Shown here one piece after another: positions 49,636 through 59,389 of a DNA stretch of 64,000 bases (position 1 is the first letter of the stretch; each line of letters begins with the position of its first letter). Where the stretch lies: positions 18,094-82,093 of the forward strand of contig CAVVNQ010000021.1 in NCBI GenBank assembly GCA_963749705.1. The letters run 5' to 3'. The notes under the pieces were generated by a model. That model ran no database searches. It was not told where the DNA came from and saw only the letters and a program-made list of their open reading frames with translations. The stretch is from an uncultured Chloroflexia bacterium. Its GTDB lineage: Bacteria > Chloroflexota > Limnocylindria > Limnocylindrales > CSP1-4. A program made the position numbers and the translations under genes.

Positions 49636-50685
49636 TCAGGCGCGCGCGCGGAGCGCGGCCAACGACTCGGTCGAGCCGGATGCGATCACGCTTTCGCCGG
49701 CTCGCAGCTCCCGGCCGGTGGGCGGGTTCGCCTCGTAGGCGCCGTCCTGCTGGAGGATCGCGAGCGTGATGACGCCCTCGTCGCGCAGCGCACCGACGGT
49801 GGCGCCCAGCAACGGGCTCTCGTCATCGACCTCGACCTCCTCGAGCGAGAAGGACAGGTTGCCGTGCGACAGGGCGGCGTCGATGAAGTCGGCCACCCGG
49901 GGACGACTGGCCAGCTCCGCGATCCGGCGTCCGGCCATCGTGTACGGCGAGACCACCCGGTTGGCACCGGCCTGGAGCAGCTTCGCCTCCGATCCCTCGG
50001 CATTGGCGCGCGCGACGATGAACAGGCCGGCGTTGATCGCGCGCGATGACAGGGTGACGTAGACGTTGTTGGCGTCGGAGTCGATCGCGGTCACCAGGCC
50101 GCGGGCGTAGTTGATCCCCGCGGCGTGGAGCGTCGCGTCGTCGGTCGCATCGCCCTCCACGACCAGGTGCCCGTCGTGCGCCGCGCGCTCGAGCGATGTC
50201 GGGAGGATGTCGATGACCACGAGCCGCTCGCGCGCCTGGACGAGCTCTCGGGCCACGGTGGAGCCGACCCGGCCGTAGCCGCACACGATGTAGTGGCCCC
50301 GCAGCGCCTCGACGGCTTCTCGCACGCGTCTCGCCTCCCGCCGGCCGCTCGCGGCCTCGCTGATGATCGCCTCGGCCACGATGCCGACCGTCCCGAAGAT
50401 GATGGCGACGCCGGCGACCGCGAGGATCATCGTCCACAGGCGCAGCGGCAGCCCGGCGATCGCGCGTACCTCGTGGTAGCCCACGGTCGTGAGCGTGATC
50501 ACGGTCATGTATACGGCATCCGAGATCGACCAGCCGAACAGCACCACATAGCCGGCGCTGCCGACCACGATCACGGCCAGGACCAGGAGCACCCACTGCC
50601 GAACGTGGCGGCCCGCCAGCGCATCGGTCAGGGCCCCGACCGCCCTGCTCCGTGCCGGCTCCTGGGCAACGGACCGTGTCGCCAT
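49636..50685 (-). CDS. Potassium channel protein with RCK/TrkA-N and TrkA-C domains
   Basis: [32 protein letters not shown]. Confidence 0.9.
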   Translation of the reverse strand: MATRSVAQEPARSRAVGALTDALAGRHVRQWVLLVLAVIVVGSAGYVVLFGWSISDAVYMTVITLTTVGYHEVRAIAGLPLRLWTMILAVAGVAIIFGTVGIVAEAIISEAASGRREARRVREAVEALRGHYIVCGYGRVGSTVARELVQARERLVVIDILPTSLERAAHDGHLVVEGDATDDATLHAAGINYARGLVTAIDSDANNVYVTLSSRAINAGLFIVARANAEGSEAKLLQAGANRVVSPYTMAGRRIAELASRPRVADFIDAALSHGNLSFSLEEVEVDDESPLLGATVGALRDEGVITLAILQQDGAYEANPPTGRELRAGESVIASGSTESLAALRARA

Positions 50686-50761
50686 CCGTTGATGCTAGCA
50701 GCGCCCGGTCAGCCACTCGACGGCGCCGCGCTCGGCCAGGCGGTGCCGCCACTCGCTCCGA

Positions 50762-50826
50762 CGCCGCCCGCACCGAGGCCGCCGCCCGCACCGAGGCCGC
50801 CGCCCGCACCGATGGCCGCCCCCGCA
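50762..50826. repeat. 18-bp tandem repeat (cgccgcccgcaccgaggc) x~3.5
   Basis: Directly visible in the intergenic region. Confidence 0.8.
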
Positions 50827-51074
50827 CGCCGCCCTCCCCGCACCCGGACAACGATGCCGCGCAGGCATCAGAAACCTGGCCTGCCCGTCGCACCGATGCC
50901 CACGAGGCATCGAACCGCCTCGATGGCGCCCGAACCGACGGCCATTTCGGTCGCCCTGATGCCTGAAGGGCGTCGTTGCGACCGCCACGACCCACCCGTG
51001 ACGCCTGGCAGGCGCCGACGGCCATCGAGACGAGAGGATCAGCCGTCGCAACGGGCCGATGGCCACCACGTCGA

Positions 51075-51734
51075 CTAGAAGCCGTGTGCCTCGGCGAAGT
51101 CGGGGGGCGGCTCGATCTGCGGATGCCGCGTTGCGACCCAGTCGCGAAGCGCCCAGTACGTCGTCTTGAACGCGATCCCGGCCCACGGGATGTGTGCGGG
51201 CGCGAACGCCTCGATCTCGAGCGCCTCGGGGGTGATCATGAACGCCCCGCCCAGGATCCTCGCCTCGAACGCGAGGACCACGACGGCCGCTTCGAGCCGC
51301 GAGTAGATCCCGACCAGATCCCCGGGCGTCACGAGCAGGCCCGTCTCCTCGAGCGTCTCGCGGGCTGCGCCCTCGGCGACCGTCTCGTCCACCTCGAGGA
51401 AGCCGCCGGGCTGGGCCCACGATCCGCGGCCGGGCTCGATGCCCCGGCGCAGGAGCACGACCTCGCCGGCGTCGGTGACCGGGATCGTCGTGACGACCAG
51501 TCGCGGGTTGACGTAGGTGATGAACCCGCACGACGAGCACGCGAGCCGATCGCGGCTTTCGTCGGGCAGCTGGCTGAACGCGAGTGGCGCGCCACACCGC
51601 GAGCAGAACTTCAACGATGCCGCGATCCAGGCCGGCGTCCCGCTCCCGGAGTCGATGTCCGTGGAGCGTCCGTCCAACCCGCGCCCAAGACCCGCCAGCT
51701 GCTGCCGCTCGTCGGGCTCCAGTCGTCGCTCCAT
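51075..51734 (-). CDS. NUDIX hydrolase with an N-terminal zinc ribbon
   Basis: FCSRCG...CSSCG..Y.NP, PGGFLEVDET..GAARETLEETGL. Confidence 0.92.
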   Translation of the reverse strand: MERRLEPDERQQLAGLGRGLDGRSTDIDSGSGTPAWIAASLKFCSRCGAPLAFSQLPDESRDRLACSSCGFITYVNPRLVVTTIPVTDAGEVVLLRRGIEPGRGSWAQPGGFLEVDETVAEGAARETLEETGLLVTPGDLVGIYSRLEAAVVVLAFEARILGGAFMITPEALEIEAFAPAHIPWAGIAFKTTYWALRDWVATRHPQIEPPPDFAEAHGF

Positions 51735-51737
51735 CGG

Positions 51738-52229
51738 TCAGGCGGCCAGCACGAGCACGACGGCGAGCCCGATCAGCGCCAGGAACACGACGCTCACGAC
51801 CACCCAGCTGACGCGGAACAGGCCGCGCCCGCGATCGACCGGCATCCAGGCGAGCGCCGACCGCCAGATGCGGAGTGTCGCGTCGGCCGTCGTGACGATC
51901 AGCAGCGGGGCGGCGATCAGCACGCACAGCTTGACCAGCCAGCTGCCGAAGCCCGCGCCGGCCTCGAGGGCCGTGATTGCGATCGCCCCCAGCACGAGCG
52001 CAGGCGCCGACAGCAGGACGTAGTGCTTCTGGAGGGGCGTCGGCGCGGTCTCCGGGACGCTCCGCGGCGGCAGCCCGCGAAGGCTCTCCGGCAGCGTCAC
52101 CTCGCGCCTTTCCTGAGCTCCCGACCGGCGGCCGCCGGCGACGGCGCTCGACGGCTCCGGCCCCGCCGCGTCCGCGGCAAGCTGCCGGTCCAGCACGGGC
52201 ATCCCCGGTTCCCATCGCTCGTCGTCCAT
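51738..52229 (-). CDS. Hypothetical membrane protein (3 TM)
   Basis: GGAGGAG RBS, three hydrophobic helices. Confidence 0.75.
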   Translation of the reverse strand: MDDERWEPGMPVLDRQLAADAAGPEPSSAVAGGRRSGAQERREVTLPESLRGLPPRSVPETAPTPLQKHYVLLSAPALVLGAIAITALEAGAGFGSWLVKLCVLIAAPLLIVTTADATLRIWRSALAWMPVDRGRGLFRVSWVVVSVVFLALIGLAVVLVLAA

Positions 52230-52289
52230 CTCCTCCCGAGTCTACGCGGCCATTGTTGCGACGTGCCCATCGGGCGGTCGGCGTCGGAC

Positions 52290-52358
52290 CGGGGCGATGA
52301 CCGTCGCGTCGGGCCGATCACCGTCGCGTCGGGGCGATGACCGTCGCGTCGGGGCGAT
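52290..52358. repeat. 20-bp tandem repeat (cggggcgatgaccgtcgcgt) x3.5 in a divergent promoter region
   Basis: Exact 20-bp period. Each unit holds a gcgatg-ac-cgtcgc mini-palindrome. Confidence 0.88.
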
Positions 52359-52414
52359 CGTGTGCCCGTTGGATCTGCCCCCGGCAGCCCCCGGCGTCGG
52401 AGTAGCCTGATCCG

Positions 52415-53137
52415 GTGAGCGGGTTGATGGCCCTGCGCCGCGTGCGAACCGCATCGCCGGTCGCGATGGCCTTCCTGGTCGGGGCGAACCTCGTGCCGTT
52501 GGTGGGCGTCCTGTTTCTCGGTTGGTCGCTCACGACCCTGGTGGCGCTCTACTGGCTCGAGAACGGGGTGGTCGGCGTGTTCGCGGTCGGGCGGATCCTC
52601 ACCGCCGCCGGCGTCTCCCCCGCGTCGCCACCTGGGCGCGGCTCGAGCGTGATGCCCAACCCGATGGTCGGCGTTGGTCTCGGCTGGTTGCCCCGGCTGG
52701 TCATGGTCCCGTTCTTCGTCATCCATTACGGCATGTTCTGGGTCGTCCACGGCGTGTTCGTGTGGGTGGCGCTGCCTGCGCTGTTCGAAGCGTCGGGCGC
52801 TTCCGTCGGACCGCCGGAGCTGTCCGTCGTGCTGCTCGGAGGTGCCGCCCTGATGCTCAGCCACGGGGCGTCGTTTGCCCTCAACTGGCTTGCCGGCGGC
52901 GAGTACCGAACGTCCACGCCGGCCGCCGAGATGGGTGCCCCCTACGCGCGGGTCATCGTCCTGCACATGACGATCCTGTTCGGTGCGTTCGCGGTCGCGA
53001 TCCTCGGCGCCCCGATCTGGGCGCTGGTCGTGATGGTCGTGGTCAAGACGGCTGCCGACCTCTCCGCGCACGTCCGGGAGCGGGAACGCGCGGCGAGCCG
53101 GGCCCTGGCGTTGGCGGCGAGCGGCGCCGGCGGTTGA
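52415..53137 (+). CDS. DUF6498-like integral membrane protein
   Basis: ANLVPLVGVLFLGW, YWLEN, FF..HYGMF..VHG.F, PYARV..LH. Confidence 0.8.
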   Translation: MSGLMALRRVRTASPVAMAFLVGANLVPLVGVLFLGWSLTTLVALYWLENGVVGVFAVGRILTAAGVSPASPPGRGSSVMPNPMVGVGLGWLPRLVMVPFFVIHYGMFWVVHGVFVWVALPALFEASGASVGPPELSVVLLGGAALMLSHGASFALNWLAGGEYRTSTPAAEMGAPYARVIVLHMTILFGAFAVAILGAPIWALVVMVVVKTAADLSAHVRERERAASRALALAASGAGG

Positions 53138-53146
53138 GGCGATCCG

Positions 53147-53262
53147 GCCCGGCGGCGCGGCGAGATCATCCCCGGCGGCGCGGCGCGATCAGGCCCCGGC
53201 GGCCGACGAGATGAGGCCCCGGCGGCGCGGCGCGATGAGGCCGGGACGCGACGAGATCAGGC
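53147..53262. repeat. Degenerate ~23-bp tandem repeat (ccccggcggcgcggcgmgatsagg) x~5 at a convergent junction
   Basis: Directly visible between the DUF6498-like gene and purE. Confidence 0.8.
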
Positions 53263-53279
53263 TGCGGCAGCCGACCCGA

Positions 53280-53786
53280 TCAGCCGGGCAGCGGCTCCGT
53301 GTTCGACGAATCCGCCAGGACCGCGTCGGTCTGGGCGGCACGCCGGGCGGCCAGGCGCTCGGCCAGCCCGGGATCGGACAACGCCAGGATGGACGCGGCC
53401 AGCAGCGCGGCGTTGTCCGCGTTGCCGATCGCGACCGTGGCCACCGGGATCCCCCGTGGCATCTGCACGATCGACAGCAGCGAGTCGAGCCCGCCCAGGT
53501 GCTGCGTCGGGATGGGCACGCCGATCACTGGCAGCATGGTCTTCGCCGCCAGCATCCCCGGCAGGTGGGCGGCCCCGCCGGCGCCCGCGATGATCACCCG
53601 GATCCCGCGCACCGCGGCGGTCTCCGCGTAGCGGAACAGGTGGTCGGGCGTGCGGTGCGCGGACACGACCCGCAGCTCGCACGCGACATCGAGCTCCATG
53701 AGGACGGCCTGGGCCTTCTCGAGCACCGGGAAGTCGGACCGGCTGCCACCGACGATCCCCACCACCGGCGCCGTCTCGGCCACCAC
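53280..53786 (-). CDS. purE: N5-carboxyaminoimidazole ribonucleotide mutase
   Basis: [37 protein letters not shown]. Confidence 0.96.
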   Translation of the reverse strand: MVAETAPVVGIVGGSRSDFPVLEKAQAVLMELDVACELRVVSAHRTPDHLFRYAETAAVRGIRVIIAGAGGAAHLPGMLAAKTMLPVIGVPIPTQHLGGLDSLLSIVQMPRGIPVATVAIGNADNAALLAASILALSDPGLAERLAARRAAQTDAVLADSSNTEPLPG

Positions 53787-53787
53787 G

Positions 53788-55506
53788 TCAATCCTCCCAG
53801 CGAAGAGCCGCGCGCGCCCGCCGAGCGCGGGCCACCACGTCGTCGGCGTCGCTGCCGACCACCGTGACGTGCCCCATCTTGCGCCGCTCGAACACGCGTC
53901 GCTTGTCGTAGAGGTGCACGTGGACGTCGGAGTCCCGGAGCGCCACATCGAGACCGGCCAGCCGCGCAGGGCGGTCGGCGCCCGTGCCCAGCACGTTGAC
54001 CATCGCCGTCGGCCCGTGTTCGCGGACGGCACCCAGGGGGAGCCCGAGGATGGCCCGCAGGTGCTGCTCGAACTGCGAGGTCCGCGCCCCTTCGATGGTC
54101 CAGTGCCCGGAGTTGTGGACACGGGGCGCCAGCTCGTTGATCAGCAATCCACCCCCTCGCAGCTGGAACAGCTCGACGGTCATCACGCCCACCAGGTCCA
54201 GCCGCCGGGCGAGGCTGTCCGCGACCTCCACGGCCGAGTTGGCGACCAGCTCATGGACCGGGGCGGGCGCCACGCTCTCGACCAGGATCCCGTCATCGTG
54301 GACGTTGCGCGAGACCGGGAAGGCGATCGACCGACCAGAGCGATCCCGGGCGCAGACCACGGACAGCTCGGCCTCGAAGTCGATCTCCTGCTCCATCAGC
54401 AGGGGTCGCCCTTCCGCGCCGCCGAGCGTTTCGACCGCCGCGGCAACCCCGGCCGGCGAGGTGATCCGGACCTGGCTGCGCCCGTCGTACCCGCCGGTCG
54501 GGATCTTGAGCCGGACCGGATACCCGAGCGCCGCCGCCGCGTCCCGTGCGTCGGCGATCCCGCGCACCTCCCGCCACGGCGCGCTCGCCTCGCCCACGTC
54601 CCGGATGAACCGCCGTTCGGCGAGCCGGTCCTGCGTGGCCCGAAGCACCGCGAGGCCCGGTCGAAGCGGCGCCCGTGAGCCCGCCGCGGCCGCGGCCGCT
54701 TCCCCCACGTGCTCGAGCTCATAGGTCACGACGTCCGAGCGATCGGCGAGGCGAAGCGCGGCATCGACATCGTCGTACGCACCCACGATCACCTCGTCGG
54801 CGACCGCGGCCGCGGGGCACGCGGGATCCGGATCGAGCACGACCACCCGGTACGCCATCGACCGCGCGGCCTGGCCGAGCATCCGACCGAGCTGCCCGCC
54901 ACCCATGATCCCGATCACCGCGCCCGGTGCCAGCGGCTCCGGCGCATCCGCCGGTGGGCGACGGATCCCCAGCCGGTACAGCGCGTCCTTGACGAAGTCG
55001 GCCTTGTGGGCGGTGTACAGCTCCTGCGGCTCGACGCCCGTCGACGCCCCGACGATCCGGAGCTTGGTCTCGGCGTACGCGGCCCGGAACGACGCATCGG
55101 CGCGGAGGGCGTCGCGGAAGCCCACCAGCTCCGGCAGCTCGTGCCGGGCCGGCGGCATCACGTGGAGGTGGATCCGGAACTCGTCGCCTGCCTCCACCAT
55201 CGCGCCGACCAGCATCGGTCGAGTGGCCGGGAACGGGGTCATCCCGCCCTGGCGCTGGAAGCCCAGGCCCAGCAGCGCGTCGGTGACGTGGGGGATCTCG
55301 TCCGGGGACGCCTCGATCCCGAGATCGATGATCCCCTTGCCGGGCAGGCCCGTCACCGCGGTGCTGCCGACATGCTCCACGCGGGTTCCCGGGCGCACCG
55401 AATCGACCATCGAGGCCACGCGGCGCGCGACCTCCACCGCGCGGGGATCCCAATCGTGGACGGCCGCCGCGCGGCGCTCGTAGGTGCGGATGGGCAGGTC
55501 CGACAT
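53788..55506 (-). CDS. purK: N5-CAIR synthase PurK with an N-terminal GrpB (UPF0157) domain fusion
   Basis: N-terminal [20 protein letters not shown]...HLHV...FRDALR...Y...K (GrpB), then [37 protein letters not shown] (PurK). Confidence 0.93.
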   Translation of the reverse strand: MSDLPIRTYERRAAAVHDWDPRAVEVARRVASMVDSVRPGTRVEHVGSTAVTGLPGKGIIDLGIEASPDEIPHVTDALLGLGFQRQGGMTPFPATRPMLVGAMVEAGDEFRIHLHVMPPARHELPELVGFRDALRADASFRAAYAETKLRIVGASTGVEPQELYTAHKADFVKDALYRLGIRRPPADAPEPLAPGAVIGIMGGGQLGRMLGQAARSMAYRVVVLDPDPACPAAAVADEVIVGAYDDVDAALRLADRSDVVTYELEHVGEAAAAAAGSRAPLRPGLAVLRATQDRLAERRFIRDVGEASAPWREVRGIADARDAAAALGYPVRLKIPTGGYDGRSQVRITSPAGVAAAVETLGGAEGRPLLMEQEIDFEAELSVVCARDRSGRSIAFPVSRNVHDDGILVESVAPAPVHELVANSAVEVADSLARRLDLVGVMTVELFQLRGGGLLINELAPRVHNSGHWTIEGARTSQFEQHLRAILGLPLGAVREHGPTAMVNVLGTGADRPARLAGLDVALRDSDVHVHLYDKRRVFERRKMGHVTVVGSDADDVVARARRARAALRWED

Positions 55507-55597
55507 GGGGTGAGAGTGTACGGGGGTCGCGCGACGCCGGACCGCCGCGGAACGCAGCGGGCGCCGAGGCCGCAGAGGCCGCTGCTATCCTCGCCAC

Positions 55598-56332
55598 ATG
55601 CTGCACGGCGGACCCAGCCTGTACGGCGTCTCGGCACCCCGGATCCTGATCGTCGACGACGATCCGAACCTGCTGGTGATCCTCGCCGACCAGCTGCGCG
55701 CGGACGGGTACGAGGTGGTCACCGCGCGGGACGGCGACGAGGCGCTGCGACGCCTGTCCCAGCAATGGCCGGATCTGCTCGTGATCGACATGCTGATGCC
55801 GCGGATGGACGGGCTCACGCTCGCCCGCGAGGTCAAGGCGCGGGCCGACCTCCCGATCATCGTCCTGTCGGCGATCGACACCGCCGATTCGAAGGCGGAC
55901 CTGCTCGAGGAGGTCGCCGAGGACTACATCACCAAGCCGTACCACTACCCGGAGCTGCGGGCGCGGATCCAGCGAGTGCTGCGCCGGCTCGGCGACCGGG
56001 TGCCACGGCAGCGGCTGGAGCTGGGGCCGAACCTGTCGCTCGAGCTCCACCGCCGGGAGGCGATCGTGAGCGGCAACGTCGTGTCGCTGACGCCCACCGA
56101 GTCGCGCCTGCTGTACGCGCTGGCCGCGAACCTCGGCCAGACGGTGACAACCGAGACGCTGCTCGCCCGCGGCTGGGTCGACACCGAGGACGCCGACCCC
56201 AGCTACGTCTGGGTGACGATGCGTCGCCTGCGCCAGAAGGTCGAGGTCGATCCCGCCAGGCCGGTCCACCTGCTCACGGTCCGGGGCATCGGGTACCGGC
56301 TCGTCACCGCGCAGCCGGCGTCGGGCGCGTGA
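55598..56332 (+). CDS. OmpR-family response regulator
   Basis: ILIVDDD, IDMLMP.MDG, DYITKP, LTPTE, RLRQK.E, TVRGIGY. Confidence 0.93.
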   Translation: MLHGGPSLYGVSAPRILIVDDDPNLLVILADQLRADGYEVVTARDGDEALRRLSQQWPDLLVIDMLMPRMDGLTLAREVKARADLPIIVLSAIDTADSKADLLEEVAEDYITKPYHYPELRARIQRVLRRLGDRVPRQRLELGPNLSLELHRREAIVSGNVVSLTPTESRLLYALAANLGQTVTTETLLARGWVDTEDADPSYVWVTMRRLRQKVEVDPARPVHLLTVRGIGYRLVTAQPASGA

Positions 56333-56405
56333 CCCGGGCGCGGGCACGAGACGCAGGGCGCGGGCACGCGACCCCGGATGCAGGCATGACCCCGGGCGCG
56401 CGCAC

Positions 56406-57869
56406 GTGACACAGGACGCGGACGCGGGCGGCGCCGCGACGTCCGAACCCGCCGGCTCACGACCCGGCTACCGCCGCTCCGGGCCTGGCTTCCGGGCACG
56501 CCTCACGCTCGGGCTGATCTCGGCGGCGGTGCTGCCGGTCGCCGGGTTCGGCATCGTGGTGCTCGTCGTGACGGGCTTCGACCAGGGTGGCGACACCACC
56601 GTCGCCAGGGTCCTGCTGCTCGCGATCGCGGTCGCCGTCGTGTTCGGCGTCCTCCTCGCCGCCATCCTCGCCGCCGACCTGGGCGCGCCGCTGCGCCAGA
56701 TCGCCCGTGCGGTCGAGCAGGTGTCCTCGGGTGACCTGTCGACCCCGCTCGACCTCCCGGGCGACGACGAGTTCAGCCGCCTGGCCGAGAGCCACAACCG
56801 GCTCGCCCGCGTGCTCGAGCGCCGCAACCGCGAGCTGCGGCGGGTCCTCGATGCGCTCGCCGAGACGACCCTCCAGGAGCGGCCCGACGTCCTCGCCCGA
56901 CGCGCCGGCGACCGGGCGCGGGCCGTGTTCGGGATGGTCGACTGCGAGGTCGCGCTCGTCGACCCGGCGCAGATCGAGGAGGAGGAGGTCGTCCCCGGCG
57001 AGCCACGTCCGGTGCGGGCCGAGCTTGCCGCCGCCGGTGGGGTGCTCGGCGCGCTGGTCGGGCACGTGCCCGCGACGCGGACCTGGGAGCGCGCCGACCA
57101 GGACCTGTTCGAGCTGTACGCGATCGAGATCGCGGCAGCCATGTCCAATGCGCAGCTGTACGCGCGCGTCGAGCAGCAGAATGCCCGGCTGGTCGCGCTG
57201 GACGAAGCCAAGGACGACTTCCTGCGCGGCGTGTCGCACAACCTCCAGACGCCGCTGGCGAGCATCCGCGGCTACGCCCAGCAGCTGGAGGCCGAGACTC
57301 CTGACCGGCGGCTGGGGATCATCACCGAGCAGGCGGACCGGCTGTCCCGGATGGTGCGCCAGCTGCTGACCGTCAGCCGGATCCAGTCGGGCGTGCTCCG
57401 CCCGCGGCTCGAGGTGTTCTCTCCGTCGGCGCGCGTCCGCCGCACCTGGGAGGCGCTGGGCGCGGGGGAGGTGCCGTTCACGGTCGACGACCGCTCGGCC
57501 GGCTGGCTCGCGCTCGCCGACCCGGACCAGCTCGACCAGGTGCTGTGGGCGCTCCTGGACAACGCGGTCAGCTATGGCGGCCGGGCGGCGGTCGACGTGA
57601 CCATCACCATCGACCCGCCCACCTCTGACCTCGCGATCACGATCGCCGACCACGGACCGGGCGTGACGAGCGCGGACCGGGAGCGCCTGTTCCAGCGCTT
57701 CGAGCGGGGTGCGACACGGCCCACCGGCGAGGGCTCCGGTCTCGGCCTCTACGTGTCGCGCGAGCTGTGCCGGGCGATGAGCGGCGACCTGGTGCTCGAG
57801 CCGGACGAGCCCGGCCGAGGCGCGGCCCTCACGATCCACCTGCCGGCGGAGGCGCCCGAGGAATCGTGA
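56406..57869 (+). CDS. Sensor histidine kinase (2 TM, HAMP, GAF-like, HisKA, HATPase)
   Basis: VSHNLQTPL, LLDNAVSY, DHGPG, FQRF, GSGLGLY. Confidence 0.92.
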   Translation: MTQDADAGGAATSEPAGSRPGYRRSGPGFRARLTLGLISAAVLPVAGFGIVVLVVTGFDQGGDTTVARVLLLAIAVAVVFGVLLAAILAADLGAPLRQIARAVEQVSSGDLSTPLDLPGDDEFSRLAESHNRLARVLERRNRELRRVLDALAETTLQERPDVLARRAGDRARAVFGMVDCEVALVDPAQIEEEEVVPGEPRPVRAELAAAGGVLGALVGHVPATRTWERADQDLFELYAIEIAAAMSNAQLYARVEQQNARLVALDEAKDDFLRGVSHNLQTPLASIRGYAQQLEAETPDRRLGIITEQADRLSRMVRQLLTVSRIQSGVLRPRLEVFSPSARVRRTWEALGAGEVPFTVDDRSAGWLALADPDQLDQVLWALLDNAVSYGGRAAVDVTITIDPPTSDLAITIADHGPGVTSADRERLFQRFERGATRPTGEGSGLGLYVSRELCRAMSGDLVLEPDEPGRGAALTIHLPAEAPEES

Positions 57870-57950
57870 ACCGGCGCGGCCGTCGCCGCGCCGGTCAACG
57901 ATCTGGATCCGAGGGCGGGTCGTGCGCCGGAGCGCCACCGACCCCCGTGA

Positions 57951-58937
57951 TCAGTTGATGAGCTTCAGGATGTAGAACCCACCGTACGTCGAGGTGCCGA
58001 ACCCGGCCCCATTGACATCCAGCTTCTGGTCCTGGCGGTCGCCGGTCTCGAAGTAGCCGGTCAGGTACCCGTTCGAGCCGTTGGCGTGGGCGCCGGTGAG
58101 GACGAACGAGACAAAGCCGACGTAGTTGCCGCTCTTGTCGACGATCGGAACGGGGAAGGTGATCGGGGCAAGGCTCTCGAGCGTGGCCGTGATGTTGTTC
58201 ATCTGGCCACTGTTGTGCTGGGCGACGTAGCAGCCGAACTCGAGCGTCACCTCGAACGAGGCAGAGCGGGCAAGGTAGTCCTGGAGGTCGCTGTCGTTGA
58301 CGTTGCCCGTGTCCTCGCATTTCTTGTCGTAGCCGAAGTCCGTCCACGCGAACTCGGTGGCGGTCTGCGGCGTGTCGCCCTCCGATGACGTCGGATGGTT
58401 GAAGCTGCACGGGTTGTTCTTGTCGGTGCAGACCTTCGCGTGACCGGTATCGTCGAAAGCCTCCTTGGACAGGATGAACGGCGCCGGTCCGGTGGCCGTG
58501 TCCGGCCAGCCGGTCTTTGACGTGGCCGTGGTGCTGACATCCCAGACCGGCATGCCAACCACGCCCGCAAACGCGTTCTGGTGCGGCGCGGTGATCCCGA
58601 CGGTGACCTGGACGCCCGCCGCACCCGGGTTGAGCACCTGTCCGGGGCAGTTCTCGCAGGTGACGTCAACGGTCACGCCGTTGACGCCGTGCTCGAAGCC
58701 ATTCTCCTTGGCGACGGTGCGCGCGGTGCCGACCCAGTCGGCCGTTCCCTGGTTGACGATCAGGTCGTTGGCGGCCGCGAGGGCGGCCAGGTCGACGGCG
58801 TTCTGCTCCGACCGGCGCTGGGCGAACGAGCTGCCGCCGTCCAGGATCAGGCCGACCATGGCGATGATGGCCACCAGCGCCAGCGCAAACACCACGATGA
58901 TCTGGCCGCGTTCGCGGCCCTGTCGCGGATTGTCCAT
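57951..58937 (-). CDS. TadG-like minor pilin / pilus assembly protein (cassette A)
   Basis: RGQIIVVFALALV...LDGG...R..QNAVDLAALA. Alternative start 58955. Confidence 0.88.
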   Translation of the reverse strand: MDNPRQGRERGQIIVVFALALVAIIAMVGLILDGGSSFAQRRSEQNAVDLAALAAANDLIVNQGTADWVGTARTVAKENGFEHGVNGVTVDVTCENCPGQVLNPGAAGVQVTVGITAPHQNAFAGVVGMPVWDVSTTATSKTGWPDTATGPAPFILSKEAFDDTGHAKVCTDKNNPCSFNHPTSSEGDTPQTATEFAWTDFGYDKKCEDTGNVNDSDLQDYLARSASFEVTLEFGCYVAQHNSGQMNNITATLESLAPITFPVPIVDKSGNYVGFVSFVLTGAHANGSNGYLTGYFETGDRQDQKLDVNGAGFGTSTYGGFYILKLIN

Positions 58938-58951
58938 GGGGTCGTTCCTTC

Positions 58952-59389
58952 TCATTGGAGCTGCACGCTGGTTGAAGACGAGAACAGGGTCCACGTCCCG
59001 ACGAGGCCGAGGAGCGGCGTGATCGGGTCGTAGGTCGCGGCGATCTCCACCCGGATCCAGTCGCCCGGCTGGCAGGTCGTGGCGATCACGGTCCCGGCGA
59101 TGTCGACGCACGTGATCTTTGGATCGCCGAGGTTGGGGATGAGGCCCTTCTGGGTCGCGATCACGGCCTTGGTCTCGGTGCTCCGGCCGGCGGCCGTCGT
59201 GAAGTCGGGGCCGGCGTGCGCCGCTGTCACCCTCGCGATCTCACGGGCGGCCTGGGCCACGCCGTTGTACTGGTAGATGGCGCGACCGAAGTCGAACACG
59301 CCCATCATCAGCACCAGGAACACGATGATCGCGAGCGAGAACTCGACCAGGGCCTGGCCGTGCTGATCGGGATGTCGTCGAGTCTTCAT
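58952..59389 (-). CDS. TadE-like pseudopilin (cassette A)
   Basis: GQALVEFSL...DFGR......AARE..R. Confidence 0.9.
   Translation of the reverse strand: MKTRRHPDQHGQALVEFSLAIIVFLVLMMGVFDFGRAIYQYNGVAQAAREIARVTAAHAGPDFTTAAGRSTETKAVIATQKGLIPNLGDPKITCVDIAGTVIATTCQPGDWIRVEIAATYDPITPLLGLVGTWTLFSSSTSVQLQ
59318..59360. repeat. 43-bp perfect inverted repeat, copy 1 (partner at 61663-61705)
   Basis: Its reverse complement is cggccaggccctggtcgagttctcgctcgcgatcatcgtgttc, identical to 61663-61705. Confidence 0.9.

Noticed and set aside
52290-52358. Possible mini-CRISPR array
   Set aside because: The units are directly adjacent with no unique spacers, only 20 bp long, and there are no cas genes.
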